Below are positions 42,651-52,658 of a stretch of DNA of 64,000 bases, in pieces. The notes beneath the pieces are model-generated. The model saw only the letters and a list, made by a program, of their open reading frames with translations, was not told the DNA's origin and did not search any database. Origin of the DNA: Candidatus Thermosaccharophagus tengchongensis (GTDB lineage: Bacteria > Armatimonadota > Fervidibacteria > Fervidibacterales > Thermosaccharophagaceae). Location: NCBI GenBank assembly GCA_032161105.1, contig JAVHTD010000012.1, one strand, 5' to 3'. Within the stretch, counting starts at the first letter, position 1; every line of letters starts with the position of its first letter. The position numbers were made by a program, and so were the translations under genes.

Positions 42651-43400
42651 TTAAATGTCCCATGCACCCTTCGGGATAACTAAACATCCACCCTCATGTG
42701 GGCTTCCCAAGATAATGCACTCCCCACGCCACCAAAGATACGCCGTTAGTGCAGCTGCAATTGAATCAAGTTCGTCATCACATGGAGGCATCTTTCGGAG
42801 GCGCTCAATGAGGTTGGGTATGTAGCGCTTGAGTATGTTGACCCTTTGCATCCTCCCAATGAGCCTTGTCTTTGGGTGGAGCTTCACGCGTGAGAGCGCA
42901 GAAAATGTAGCGTGTGGATAGACCTCAATCAACCATCTCCCATGCCTTTCGCTGCGCATCCCATCGGCGATGCGATAATTGTGGCGCGTCAATTCTGCAT
43001 ATAGCTTCCACCCGGTGAGGATGAGCTGTCTAAACGAGGCAAAGGTCGTTGGCGTTGTCGGGAAGCATCTTATGCCAAATTGCTTGACAAGTTGGCGCTC
43101 GCACTCACGCAGACCGCGCTTTGCCCATTCACACGCTTTGAAGCCCTCCTCAAATGTGACCTCGTGCGCCTTATCACACAACGGTTGTGGTGCGTCTATT
43201 GCTACAACGCTTGGATTGGTTTGGAGGACGAACTCAACCGCTTTCTCCACACCGTTAAGCCGCTCAACACCATTGAGGCATATATTGCCTTTTGCGTTGA
43301 AACTGAGCGTTGCAATAAAAAACGGCTTACTCAAGCTTCCGTGCGCATCCACTCCCACAAACAGAGCCTCATTTGATGCGCTCATTCTAATGGTGCTCAC
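42651..43400 (-). CDS. DUF429 family protein (predicted RNase H-fold nuclease)
   Basis: FVGVD, VAIDAP, RECER.L, IEVYPHA, DELDS..AA. Confidence 0.75.
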   Translation of the reverse strand: MSTIRMSASNEALFVGVDAHGSLSKPFFIATLSFNAKGNICLNGVERLNGVEKAVEFVLQTNPSVVAIDAPQPLCDKAHEVTFEEGFKACEWAKRGLRECERQLVKQFGIRCFPTTPTTFASFRQLILTGWKLYAELTRHNYRIADGMRSERHGRWLIEVYPHATFSALSRVKLHPKTRLIGRMQRVNILKRYIPNLIERLRKMPPCDDELDSIAAALTAYLWWRGECIILGSPHEGGCLVIPKGAWDI

Positions 43401-43709
43401 TGCTCACACCAGCCGGTGCTCCTCAGAAGATCCAGTTCGCTTGTTGTTCTCAATCGCCTCAAGCGCAACAAGTGCTGCCGCAGTTGAATGCGCGCTGATA
43501 AGCTCGTTCAACTCCAACCGCTGCCTCTTTGTGTCCGTTAGCAGTCAATGGAGCCCATCATTCACCTCATGTCGTTGCTCAAAATATTGCTTACGCTCAT
43601 TAAACGCTGCCCGAGTGATAGCTATCAGCTGCCAAGCACACTCACTTGCGCATAGCCGCGCGTCAAATTCCATTCCAATGCCCAGCAGCTGAGCATCGGG
43701 CGCTTCCAA

Positions 43710-44783
43710 TCATGAGAGCAAGGTTCGGATTTGATCCAGCCTGCGCACTATGGGCAACCTCTTCGGGCACATTGCTTCACACTTTCCACAACCGTTGCAT
43801 AGTGTGTTTGGCGCTTCCAAGCTTGCGTAGAGTTCCCTTGCAATCTCAATGTCGCCACGCCTCACATATTCATAGCATCGCATCATATCGGCAATCCTTA
43901 TCCCCTTTGGGCAAACATTGCATTCACCACAGCCGGCGCACAGTGCCGCTGCAGCGACGGGCAAGTGGCGTTTTAGGAGTTCAGCTTCTGCTTTCGTGAG
44001 TTCACCAGTGCCGACCTTCAAGTTGCACTCAACTTCTTCAAATGTGGTCATGCCAACGAGCAGCGTATGAACGCCTTTGTTTGTGAGGAGCGATTTCAGC
44101 CCGGCAACGAGAACTTCCGGATCACCACGCCTTAAGCCGCCCGTCGTTTTCATAGCCATTATTCCGATGCCCTTTTCAGCAGCCCGCTCAATTATCGGAT
44201 CAAGCATCTTCTTGTTGCCGATGTTATATGAGATGAGCATCACATCATGATAACCAAGCTCAATTGCTGTCTCCATAACAGCCGGTATGTTGGTGTGACA
44301 TGCGAACCCGCTAAAGCGTATTTTGCCCTCCTTCTTCAACCTCTCATATCCCTCAAGCCAACGCTCGTTGCGGACTTGCTCTGGCGTATCAATTTGTGGC
44401 AGCAGTATATCGGCGTAATCGGTATTAAGCATCTTCAAAGCCCCATCCACATTTCCCGTTGGGGACTCCTTTAAGGCGAGGTATACTTTGTTGCGTTTCG
44501 TCTTCATCACTTCGCCAAAGGCTCTTATGCTTCTTCCGCCGGCATAGCCGGGCGATGTGTGAATGAGGTTTATGCCTCTATCAATCGCCATAGCCAGAAC
44601 ATCGGGATTCTCAAGGCGCAGCCCGCCAAACGATACAACTGTCACCTTGAGCTTTGTTCTGCCGAGCACCCTGGTTGCGAGCTTTTGCTCAGCCTCACCG
44701 GCAATCAGAGGGACGCCTGCGATTGTTGCGCCAGCCACTGCTATATCCCTCAGAAACTCACGCCTCGACAGCGAACGCCTCAT
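43710..44783 (-). CDS. Tat-exported aldo/keto reductase with C-terminal 4Fe-4S domain
   Basis: SRREFL Tat motif, RVLGRT, AMK, CAGCGEC..CP and CNGCGKCEAMCP. Confidence 0.87.
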   Translation of the reverse strand: MRRSLSRREFLRDIAVAGATIAGVPLIAGEAEQKLATRVLGRTKLKVTVVSFGGLRLENPDVLAMAIDRGINLIHTSPGYAGGRSIRAFGEVMKTKRNKVYLALKESPTGNVDGALKMLNTDYADILLPQIDTPEQVRNERWLEGYERLKKEGKIRFSGFACHTNIPAVMETAIELGYHDVMLISYNIGNKKMLDPIIERAAEKGIGIMAMKTTGGLRRGDPEVLVAGLKSLLTNKGVHTLLVGMTTFEEVECNLKVGTGELTKAEAELLKRHLPVAAAALCAGCGECNVCPKGIRIADMMRCYEYVRRGDIEIARELYASLEAPNTLCNGCGKCEAMCPKRLPIVRRLDQIRTLLS

Positions 44784-44935
44784 CTCTTCTCACCCCCATC
44801 CAAAGGATTGCGCTTGCCACGATGGCAATCCGATTACGGAGATCGTTTTTCAGATGCTTAGACGAGAAACCGGCACTGCTTGTTGCTTTCATGATAATGG
44901 CGAGCTGTGGATTGGTTGCATTAATGCGTGCCAAT

Positions 44936-45256
44936 TCACTCAAGCCTATAACGGCGCTTCATCGCTTGATAACGCTGCCATGCGTAGTCATCAATTTCAC
45001 TCAATGGAATGCTCTCAAGCCACTCCATAAGGCGATGTAACGGCTCCCCGCGCACCATCCACTGGTAGTAGCTTCTTCCGCCATGGTTATACGGTCCATA
45101 GAGTTTTGAGCCGGGCACCAATTCCCTGAGCATTTCAAAAAGCTTCCTGTGGCGAGTGTGCATCCTGAGCGTTATATGTGGTTGCTTTCCGTCACCGCCA
45201 AAATGACCCTCACCGATGAGCAAACCCACAAGCAAGCCTTTGAAAAACTCATTCAC
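44936..45256 (-). CDS. Small single-motif LAGLIDADG-like protein
   Basis: GLLVGLLIGEGHF helix motif then beta strands (HITLRM, YYQWMV); GGAGG RBS before GTG 45256. Confidence 0.65.
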   Translation of the reverse strand: MNEFFKGLLVGLLIGEGHFGGDGKQPHITLRMHTRHRKLFEMLRELVPGSKLYGPYNHGGRSYYQWMVRGEPLHRLMEWLESIPLSEIDDYAWQRYQAMKRRYRLE

Positions 45257-45539
45257 GAAAGCCACCTCCATCTAACGGATGAGTTGAGGCGGGGCAAATC
45301 CAAATCAAGTTAGCTCAGCCTGAGAACTCATCTTGCCGCTCAATGGATCGGTCGTAAACATGACGGAGAGGCAAATTCGCCTCAGCCGTTGCGAGTGAGA
45401 TCGGTGTTGCGTCATCCTTCATCAACGGTTAATCTGGCTCTATGCGCAAATGGTTGAACATGCCGTTGCTGGCAAACGAGCCTCAGTCGCCCATGCATAT
45501 GGGGTTAAGTTGGGCGTCCCAATCAGCGGGGGTGAAAAT

Positions 45540-47453
45540 ATGCGCGCACAGTTAATGGTGACCGTTCTGATAAGTTTGCTTGCAGGTTCTTTTGTGGCGG
45601 CTTCAGCCGGCGTAAATGAATTCCCGGTTCGTCCATACATTGACCCAACACAGCTTGATGTCCCATGGCCCAAACACAGCCATTACAAACTCCCGTGGAG
45701 AGCCTTCCTTGAGACGAAGAGCTCTTACGAGTTCCTTCAAGGCATTGGGATTAACTATAATGTGCCTGCCAATCACGAGGTTGCAGTTCGGCTCTTAAGG
45801 GAGGCTGGCTTCAAGACATTCCGAATAGAGATTGGTTGGAGCAATGTTAACTGGGATGAGAATAAGTTGAGCAACGAGGATAGATGGCTTGCGTTGCTTC
45901 AGCTATGCAAGCATTATGGTATCCGCCCGACGATACTGCTAAATGCACATCACGGCGTTCCATGTCCACATCGTTTCTTTGAGCGCCGCTTGATTGAGGA
46001 TGCCCCAAAGGGAAGCAGGTCAGTCAAGCTTGACGATGTTCGCGAGATCGTCCCGAAGTATAGCGGGCTGTCCAACCTGACAACATACATGGCATGCGAG
46101 GTCTTCATCACCGACATTGATACTCAAACCAAGGAGTGCAAGTTGAGCAAGCCACTCCCGAGGGATTTAAAAGCCGGCGATAAAGTGCTCCTTGCGACAT
46201 TGAAATATCTCCCTGCGCATCCGGTTAGCACACCTGAATTTGAAGCGATGGCAAATGGTTGGGTGAAATATGCGCAGCTTGTGCTTGACTTGCTTAATGC
46301 GGTCGGCATAAACGACTTTGATGTTGAGATTTGGAATGAGCTCTCTTTCGGTTCTGCTTTTATGGGCACGCACGGAATTAACCACTACTACGATCCACCG
46401 ATAGTCAAGTTCAATGTTGACTTCCTTCGCCCGGGTGGGCACGCTTGGGAGATAGCCCGGCGCACAGTTGAATTGGTAAAATCGCAATTCCAAAACGCAC
46501 GATGCATTTGGGGCTTTTCAAACACGACTTTCTTCCACACGCCAATTGAAGAGTTGCCACCAATGACCGACGGGCAGAGTTACCATCCGTATGGCACTGG
46601 AACAAGGAAGCTGCCGGAGCATGAGCAAGCCCCAAATGAGCCATGGCGGTGCCTTGAGGGCTTCATCCCGAAGATGGAGATGCGTATGCCGGAGGGCTGG
46701 GCGCATACATTCATCCAGACGGAGAGCCTGATGAGGCTGCTTAACAGCGAGGCGAGAAAGAGGCGGAAGCCGAAAGGTGTTGAGCGATTCTACCACTATA
46801 TGACCGAGCATGGTGTTGTCCCGCCAGAATGCAATGTCAATGATGAGCAAGGCGCATGGTTACTCAAAGCCAAAACAGTGTTGCGCTCATTTTGTTTTTG
46901 GCTCAACAAGGGCATTGATGTGATGCACTACTACTGCGCGTATGACAGAACTGCCCTTGGCATGGGGCTTTTACCGCCCGAAATCGCAAAGCTACCCAAG
47001 GATGCAAAGTTTGAAGATGTGGCGACGCTTCCGATGAAAGCATTGCGCAACCTGACAGAGCTCCTTGCCGCAAGCAAGCCGCTGAGGGACGAGCAAATCC
47101 GGCAACTCAGTGTAGATGTGGTTTCGCTCGGCGAGCAGCGAAGGATCTTTGACGGTGACGAGAATCATCCACCACTTTGGCAGCGAGAGGCGTTCGCCTT
47201 CCTGCCATTCCAAGTTGACGAGCGCACCCTTGCCATCGCAGTTTATGAGATGACTTACGATGTAACGAAGCCGCATGGCGGGGCTCTGTATCGCCTGACA
47301 ATCAGCGGCATTAAAAGCAAGCCATCATCTGCACGCCTGTATGACCCGCTCAGCGATAAATGGTTGGGAGTGAAGTTACTTAAAGCCGTTAGCGACAGCG
47401 TGGTTGTTGAGGTCAATGTCAGCGACTATCCGAGGCTGCTCATCATTCGGTGA
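45540..47453 (+). CDS. Secreted clan GH-A-like glycoside hydrolase (family unassigned)
   Basis: Signal peptide, RIEIGW, EIWNEL acid/base, SYHPY, YMTEHG nucleophile. Confidence 0.6.
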   Translation: MRAQLMVTVLISLLAGSFVAASAGVNEFPVRPYIDPTQLDVPWPKHSHYKLPWRAFLETKSSYEFLQGIGINYNVPANHEVAVRLLREAGFKTFRIEIGWSNVNWDENKLSNEDRWLALLQLCKHYGIRPTILLNAHHGVPCPHRFFERRLIEDAPKGSRSVKLDDVREIVPKYSGLSNLTTYMACEVFITDIDTQTKECKLSKPLPRDLKAGDKVLLATLKYLPAHPVSTPEFEAMANGWVKYAQLVLDLLNAVGINDFDVEIWNELSFGSAFMGTHGINHYYDPPIVKFNVDFLRPGGHAWEIARRTVELVKSQFQNARCIWGFSNTTFFHTPIEELPPMTDGQSYHPYGTGTRKLPEHEQAPNEPWRCLEGFIPKMEMRMPEGWAHTFIQTESLMRLLNSEARKRRKPKGVERFYHYMTEHGVVPPECNVNDEQGAWLLKAKTVLRSFCFWLNKGIDVMHYYCAYDRTALGMGLLPPEIAKLPKDAKFEDVATLPMKALRNLTELLAASKPLRDEQIRQLSVDVVSLGEQRRIFDGDENHPPLWQREAFAFLPFQVDERTLAIAVYEMTYDVTKPHGGALYRLTISGIKSKPSSARLYDPLSDKWLGVKLLKAVSDSVVVEVNVSDYPRLLIIR

Positions 47454-50400
47454 GGCTCAACATTGCTGAAGCAAACGAGGCAAAGGTGGTGGTCGGGATG
47501 GTTGAATTAGCCGGTGTGCAAGCGAGATGTTTTGTGCTTCTGTGGGCTGTTACAATGGCTTTAGCCACCTGCAATCACTCGGCGTTGTGCTCTGTTGAGT
47601 TTTCAAGCTCAATGCTGTCCATTGAGGCTGAGAGCGGCGGGCTTAAGGGTGACTTGAAAGTCATCGTCACAAAGGGGGCAAGCGGCGGGAAAACGGTTGC
47701 TTCAGGGAATGGCGGTGAGGTGTCATTTGAGATTGGCATGCCGTCCGATAGAATGGCTTTCTTGGAGCTCGCAGCATCGCTTCCGTATAACCTCGGTATT
47801 GAAACCATACGCTACAAAGTTGTGCTGAATGGCAAAACGCTGATATACCCTCAAGGGTGGAACAGGACATATCGCCCGCACTTCCTCATTCTCGGCGGCA
47901 CTCCAACTATGGCGAAGTTGCTTTTCCTACTGCCGCTGCAGCTTCAACGGGGCATAAACAACCTCACAATCCGAATGCCACCGCACTCGGCACTTGATTG
48001 CATCATCTTGCGAAAAGCAATCGCAGTATCGCTCAAGGTATCCGTTGAGCCCGATGAGCGCAACTTCGTTTTCTTTGGGGATGAGAGACCGACGCTGCGA
48101 TTTGTGCTTTCATCTGAAACGGACATCTCAGTGGATGCCGAGTTTTTCGCAGTGCAAGTTTGCTTGGCTGATGATACAACCGGCGAAGCCGATTGGTCAC
48201 CAGATGTGCGCGTCGTGCACACCTCAACACTTATGCGCAAGGTGATGAGGCTTAACCTTCGCGCCTCGGAGCCGGCGAGGATGACCTTGCCTTTACCGAC
48301 ACGAAGATATGGAGCTGTGGGTGTGCTCGCTTTGCTCCATCGCGGTGACGAGATGCTTCCCATTTACATTGCCAATGCTGTCATCATCCCACGGAGGGAT
48401 GTAAGTAAGTTTTACTCGGATGGCATATTCATGGCTTCAGTCGGGCATGCCGGCACGAGGGAACTCAGCCTTATCCCAGCATATAAGCGCATGGGCATTG
48501 ATTGGTTTCGCACTGAGATAGGTTGGAACTCATTTGAGCCGAATAAAGGTGCTTGGCGTTGGGAGGAGCTTGACCGCTTCTTTGACGCATGCCGGAAAAG
48601 CAGGATTTATGTGATGAACCTCGCCTCGCATGCACCTGAGTGGGCAAAGCCAAAAGGGGACTTCATTGACATCCCATACAAGAACTACACCATCAAGCTT
48701 GATAATACCCCGGGACGGGAGTTCATGGGCGATTGGGAAAATGCGTGGGCGGAGTTCTTGCGCCGATACAAGGATGTGTGTCCGGCGCTCAACCTCTGGA
48801 ACGAGCCATGGGAGGGTGGCGGAATAAGCGGTTGGAAGTCAACTGGTGATCACTATAGGCTTCTGCTCAAACACCTCAAGCGGGCGAGGGATGCCGTTGA
48901 CAAAGCTGTCAAGATAGTGGCTGCCGACTCGTCACACAACACGGATTGGAAGATCTTTGCGGCTGGAATGGAAGACCACATTGATGTCATCTCGGTGCAT
49001 TATGAACGCCCGCAAGCCTGTCAAGCCTTTGCCATGGGGAAATACTATGGCAAGGAAGTTTGGGATACGGAAACTTGGGTGACTTGGCTTGGTGATGCAT
49101 CTTCGCTTCGGCGCACATTGTATCAACTCGCCCTCGGAGCGACGAAAGTTAGCCCATTGCATCGCGACTTGCTTTTTGATTCCGATGGCTTCCCGACGAC
49201 AACGGCGGCGTGGGTGGCTGCGGCATCTCATTTCCTCAACGGTGTTCGCTTTTATGGTGTTGTCCATCCCGAGCGCCCGCCGTTTGTCCTTCTCTTTTCC
49301 GATGGGAGAAGAAGCATTGCAGCTATTGCGACGACACTTGATGAAGCGCCGCTGTCATCCTCTGGCGGCTTCAGGAGACAGTTTGCAACCTCAAAATGCG
49401 TGATGGAGGTTGGGCATCACCCATCGTTGCGTGCTTTTGACATGTTCGGTAACGAGATCAAGCTCCAGAGGAGGGGAGGTAGAGCGCTTCTTCCGGTTGA
49501 TGTCATGCCGAGGTTCTTAGCTGCAAGCTTGCCACCAAAAGAGTTTGAGTCGCTGTTGTCAAAGGCAATCTATCGTAACCTTCGCCCGGTTGAGATAATC
49601 CTGCATCAAATTGGACAGCCGCTTAATGAACATCCAAAGCTCACCGTTGAGCTTCGCAATGCACACCCGTTCAAGCTGGACGGGAAACTGACAGTCAATG
49701 TTAACGGGCTCGTGCTACAGCCAAAGGAGGTGTCATTCTCACTTGCGCCTGTAGAGCGCAGGAGCTTTGAGTTCAAAGTTGCTTCAGCAAACGGTGAGAG
49801 GGTTAATTGCTATCCCGCCAAGGTCACCGTGACGACGAATGTCGGCACAGCAACTCTCAATGAAGACCTGCATGTAGCGGTTATCAAGCGCGGCAGCATC
49901 TCAGTTGACGGCGATGTCAGCGACTGGCAATCCATTGGCGCAATCCCGATCATGCTCGCGAAGGCTCAAGTGGATACCCTTTTGCTAAAGGCATGGTTTC
50001 CGTGGGAGAGGTTCCGTGAGTCAACAAAAGGTTTTGCCGCCGAAGTGGCATTCGCATACGACGAGCGCAACCTTTACATGGTTGCGAGGGTCTCCGATGA
50101 GAAGCCCGACATCTTACCATCGCTGCTCTCCGGGAAAAATCTGCATCGCTTTCAAAACCCACCCGGAGACTATGTCTATTACGAAATGGGACCAATACCT
50201 GCAGCCTCGGGCGACTTAATCCAAATTGCCCTCGGAAGGATTGAGAAGGACTGGGTGCAGAAATACGAACCCTTCCCGCCAACATCTCCACTTTACAAGT
50301 TTGGGCATCACATGTGCTCCGAATACTGCTACATCGTTTATCCGACTCATGATGGAAGTGCTGAGGTCATGCGTGCGCGCACACCCAAGTTCTACTACCT

Positions 50401-50704
50401 TCACCCGCTGCCGATTGATTACGGCTTCCTCTCACGCCACTGCAAAGTTGATGGCTCAAGGGCAATCGTGAGGCGCGTTGAAGGCGGTTACATCTATGAG
50501 CTTGCCATACCTTGGGATGAGCTCAGCCTCATAGAGCCGGCGCCGGGAAAGCGAATCAAGTTGAGCTTTCTCGTTCAGGATGGTGGTATGGGCAATGTGC
50601 TTCAGTTCTCAAGTGGCAAAAGCATCTGCACGATGACCACAATGGATTTTGAGCCGGCATGGGGAAGCAAGTGGTGTGCCGGAACGGAATTTGAGTTTGA
50701 TTAA
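47450..50704 (+). CDS. Large secreted GH39/GH5-like glycoside hydrolase with C-terminal CBM9-like domain
   Basis: RTEIGW, NLWNEPW, ISVHY, VWDTE; VDGDVSDW, YDERNLY, YELAIPW. Confidence 0.65.
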   Translation: MRLNIAEANEAKVVVGMVELAGVQARCFVLLWAVTMALATCNHSALCSVEFSSSMLSIEAESGGLKGDLKVIVTKGASGGKTVASGNGGEVSFEIGMPSDRMAFLELAASLPYNLGIETIRYKVVLNGKTLIYPQGWNRTYRPHFLILGGTPTMAKLLFLLPLQLQRGINNLTIRMPPHSALDCIILRKAIAVSLKVSVEPDERNFVFFGDERPTLRFVLSSETDISVDAEFFAVQVCLADDTTGEADWSPDVRVVHTSTLMRKVMRLNLRASEPARMTLPLPTRRYGAVGVLALLHRGDEMLPIYIANAVIIPRRDVSKFYSDGIFMASVGHAGTRELSLIPAYKRMGIDWFRTEIGWNSFEPNKGAWRWEELDRFFDACRKSRIYVMNLASHAPEWAKPKGDFIDIPYKNYTIKLDNTPGREFMGDWENAWAEFLRRYKDVCPALNLWNEPWEGGGISGWKSTGDHYRLLLKHLKRARDAVDKAVKIVAADSSHNTDWKIFAAGMEDHIDVISVHYERPQACQAFAMGKYYGKEVWDTETWVTWLGDASSLRRTLYQLALGATKVSPLHRDLLFDSDGFPTTTAAWVAAASHFLNGVRFYGVVHPERPPFVLLFSDGRRSIAAIATTLDEAPLSSSGGFRRQFATSKCVMEVGHHPSLRAFDMFGNEIKLQRRGGRALLPVDVMPRFLAASLPPKEFESLLSKAIYRNLRPVEIILHQIGQPLNEHPKLTVELRNAHPFKLDGKLTVNVNGLVLQPKEVSFSLAPVERRSFEFKVASANGERVNCYPAKVTVTTNVGTATLNEDLHVAVIKRGSISVDGDVSDWQSIGAIPIMLAKAQVDTLLLKAWFPWERFRESTKGFAAEVAFAYDERNLYMVARVSDEKPDILPSLLSGKNLHRFQNPPGDYVYYEMGPIPAASGDLIQIALGRIEKDWVQKYEPFPPTSPLYKFGHHMCSEYCYIVYPTHDGSAEVMRARTPKFYYLHPLPIDYGFLSRHCKVDGSRAIVRRVEGGYIYELAIPWDELSLIEPAPGKRIKLSFLVQDGGMGNVLQFSSGKSICTMTTMDFEPAWGSKWCAGTEFEFD

Positions 50705-50742
50705 CTCCCACAGCCGTTGAACTCCATTGAAGGGGATTACGC

Positions 50743-51765
50743 TTATGCATCGGTTATGGAGTCGTCATCCTTTGCAATTGCTCTTGGGTGGGCTTTGATG
50801 AAAGACTGGCGAAGCTGTCCGCTGCTCACATGCGTATAAATCTGCGTCGTGGCAATATTTGCGTGCCCGAGCAGCTCCTGAATTGAGCGCAAGTCTGCGC
50901 CGCCTTTGAGCATGTGCGTTGCAAATGTGTGCCTTATCACATGCGGGCTTGGTGGGTTGCTCAATCCCGAGGCGATGCCGTATCGCTTGAGTATTTTGAA
51001 TGCGGCAGTTCGGCACAGCCTCCTCCCGCTCCGGCTCAAAAAGAGGGCACTACCACCGATGCCTCTATCAAGTGATGGGCGAGAGAGTGTCAAATACGCT
51101 TTGAGCGCCTCAATGGCTTTTCTTCCAATCGGTATGATGCGCTCTTTGCTGCCCTTACCCAAGCACCTTATGAAGCCCGTCTCCAAGTTCACATCGCCCA
51201 AGTTCAATCCGACGAGTTCACTTATGCGTGCGCCTGTGGCGTAAAGCAGCTCAAGCATTGCCCTGTCACGCAAGCCGAGCAATGTGCTCTCAGATGGCTG
51301 CTCAAGCAGCTTTTCAATGGCTTCACGCTCAAGATACTTCGGCAGGCGGAGCTGTTTCCTCGGGCGCTCCATGTTTGCAGTTGGGTCTTCATCAGCAAAC
51401 CCGTCTCGCACGAGGAAACGGTGGAATGTCGCTATAGCGCTTAAGCGTCGTTGGATGGTTGATGGTGAGAGGTTTTGTGCCCTCAATCTCAGCGCATAGA
51501 TGAGGATGAGTTCGTAAGTGCACTTGGATGGCTCATCCGCTCCACGCCCGCTTATGAAGGATAGGTAATCAATCAAATCGCGCCTGTAGCCGTCAATGGT
51601 GTTGTGTGACAATCCCCTCTCAGCAACCAAGTGCGCAATGAATGCCCTTAGGAGCGATTGCCACATCTGAGGGAGCTCACCGATGAGCGCTTCAACCTTG
51701 CTTTTGGTTGGGATTGCCCTCTTCACTGCTTCGCTGCCATCTACTACTCCACTCATTGCTGTCAC
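50743..51765 (-). CDS. xerD: Tyrosine recombinase XerD
   Basis: ERGLS.NT..Y..DL, RDRAMLELLYATGAR, GKGSKER, HVIRHTFATH, LGH..TTQIY. Confidence 0.93.
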   Translation of the reverse strand: MTAMSGVVDGSEAVKRAIPTKSKVEALIGELPQMWQSLLRAFIAHLVAERGLSHNTIDGYRRDLIDYLSFISGRGADEPSKCTYELILIYALRLRAQNLSPSTIQRRLSAIATFHRFLVRDGFADEDPTANMERPRKQLRLPKYLEREAIEKLLEQPSESTLLGLRDRAMLELLYATGARISELVGLNLGDVNLETGFIRCLGKGSKERIIPIGRKAIEALKAYLTLSRPSLDRGIGGSALFLSRSGRRLCRTAAFKILKRYGIASGLSNPPSPHVIRHTFATHMLKGGADLRSIQELLGHANIATTQIYTHVSSGQLRQSFIKAHPRAIAKDDDSITDA

Positions 51766-51825
51766 CGTTTTTTCTCAGTCACTGCGTTGCCTTCGCTGAC
51801 CGTTGGCAGTTCTCACCCTGCAGCA

Positions 51826-52632
51826 TCATTTGCCCCGATTATCATCCCTCTTATCTTCAGCGCCTTCCTTTGCCCGTTTTTCCGCCTCACCGAGCATCGG
51901 GACAAACAACACATCCAAGACAGCCCTCTTTACGACCTTGCCACCCTCCTTGCGCAGCACATAGAGCTGTTGGATATAGCGCTTCCCAACCGGTATGACC
52001 ATCCTACCGCCTTCCTTCAGTTGCTCAATGAGCGGTTGTGGGATATCCTCCGGCGCGCATGTCACAATGATGGCGTCAAATGGTGCGAACTCCTTCCAGC
52101 CAAAATAGCCATCGCCAACTTTAACCTTCACATTCTTGTAGCCGAGTTTTTGCAGCGTCTCTTCGGCGCGCTTTGCAAGCGTCGGTATTATCTCAACGGT
52201 GTAAACTTCCTTGGCGAGCTCGGCGAGTATTGCGGCTTGATATCCGGAACCTGTGCCAATCTCAAGCACCCTATCAGTCGGCTTCAACTCAAGCGCCTGC
52301 GTCATGAATGCCACAACGAACGGCTGCGAGATTGTCTGCCCTTCGCCAATCGGCAATGCCATATCCTCATACGAGAGGTGACGATGCGACTCCGGGACAA
52401 ACAGATGCCTTGGGACTTTGAGCATCGCCTTCAGCACTGCCTCATCCTTTATGCCCTGCTTCCTCAGGTGCTCAACTAACGCCATTCTCCGCTTCTCAAA
52501 ATCCGGTTCGCTCATCTGCTCTCCCTGCTGCGACAGAAGGCGTTGAAGAAATAGCACCACAAAGATGAAGCAGGCGAGCGCCATCCCGGCAATCCATCCC
52601 CTTTGCAGTTCTGCCCCGGTCAGCTGCACCAT
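51826..52632 (-). CDS. pcm: Protein-L-isoaspartate O-methyltransferase
   Basis: VPRHLFV, GQTISQP, VLEIGTGSGYQAA, APFDAI, FVPM; N-terminal hydrophobic segment. Confidence 0.95.
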   Translation of the reverse strand: MVQLTGAELQRGWIAGMALACFIFVVLFLQRLLSQQGEQMSEPDFEKRRMALVEHLRKQGIKDEAVLKAMLKVPRHLFVPESHRHLSYEDMALPIGEGQTISQPFVVAFMTQALELKPTDRVLEIGTGSGYQAAILAELAKEVYTVEIIPTLAKRAEETLQKLGYKNVKVKVGDGYFGWKEFAPFDAIIVTCAPEDIPQPLIEQLKEGGRMVIPVGKRYIQQLYVLRKEGGKVVKRAVLDVLFVPMLGEAEKRAKEGAEDKRDDNRGK

Positions 52633-52658
52633 TCATCACCTCAATGGTGATGCTGCTG

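Noticed and set aside
50743..51765. Tyrosine recombinase as a prophage or island integrase
   Set aside because: Sequence is typical housekeeping XerD; no att repeats, adjacent tRNA or phage genes
51658..52479. 273-aa plus-strand ORF and other long shadow ORFs
   Set aside because: Antisense to well-supported genes (pcm etc.) with no recognisable motifs
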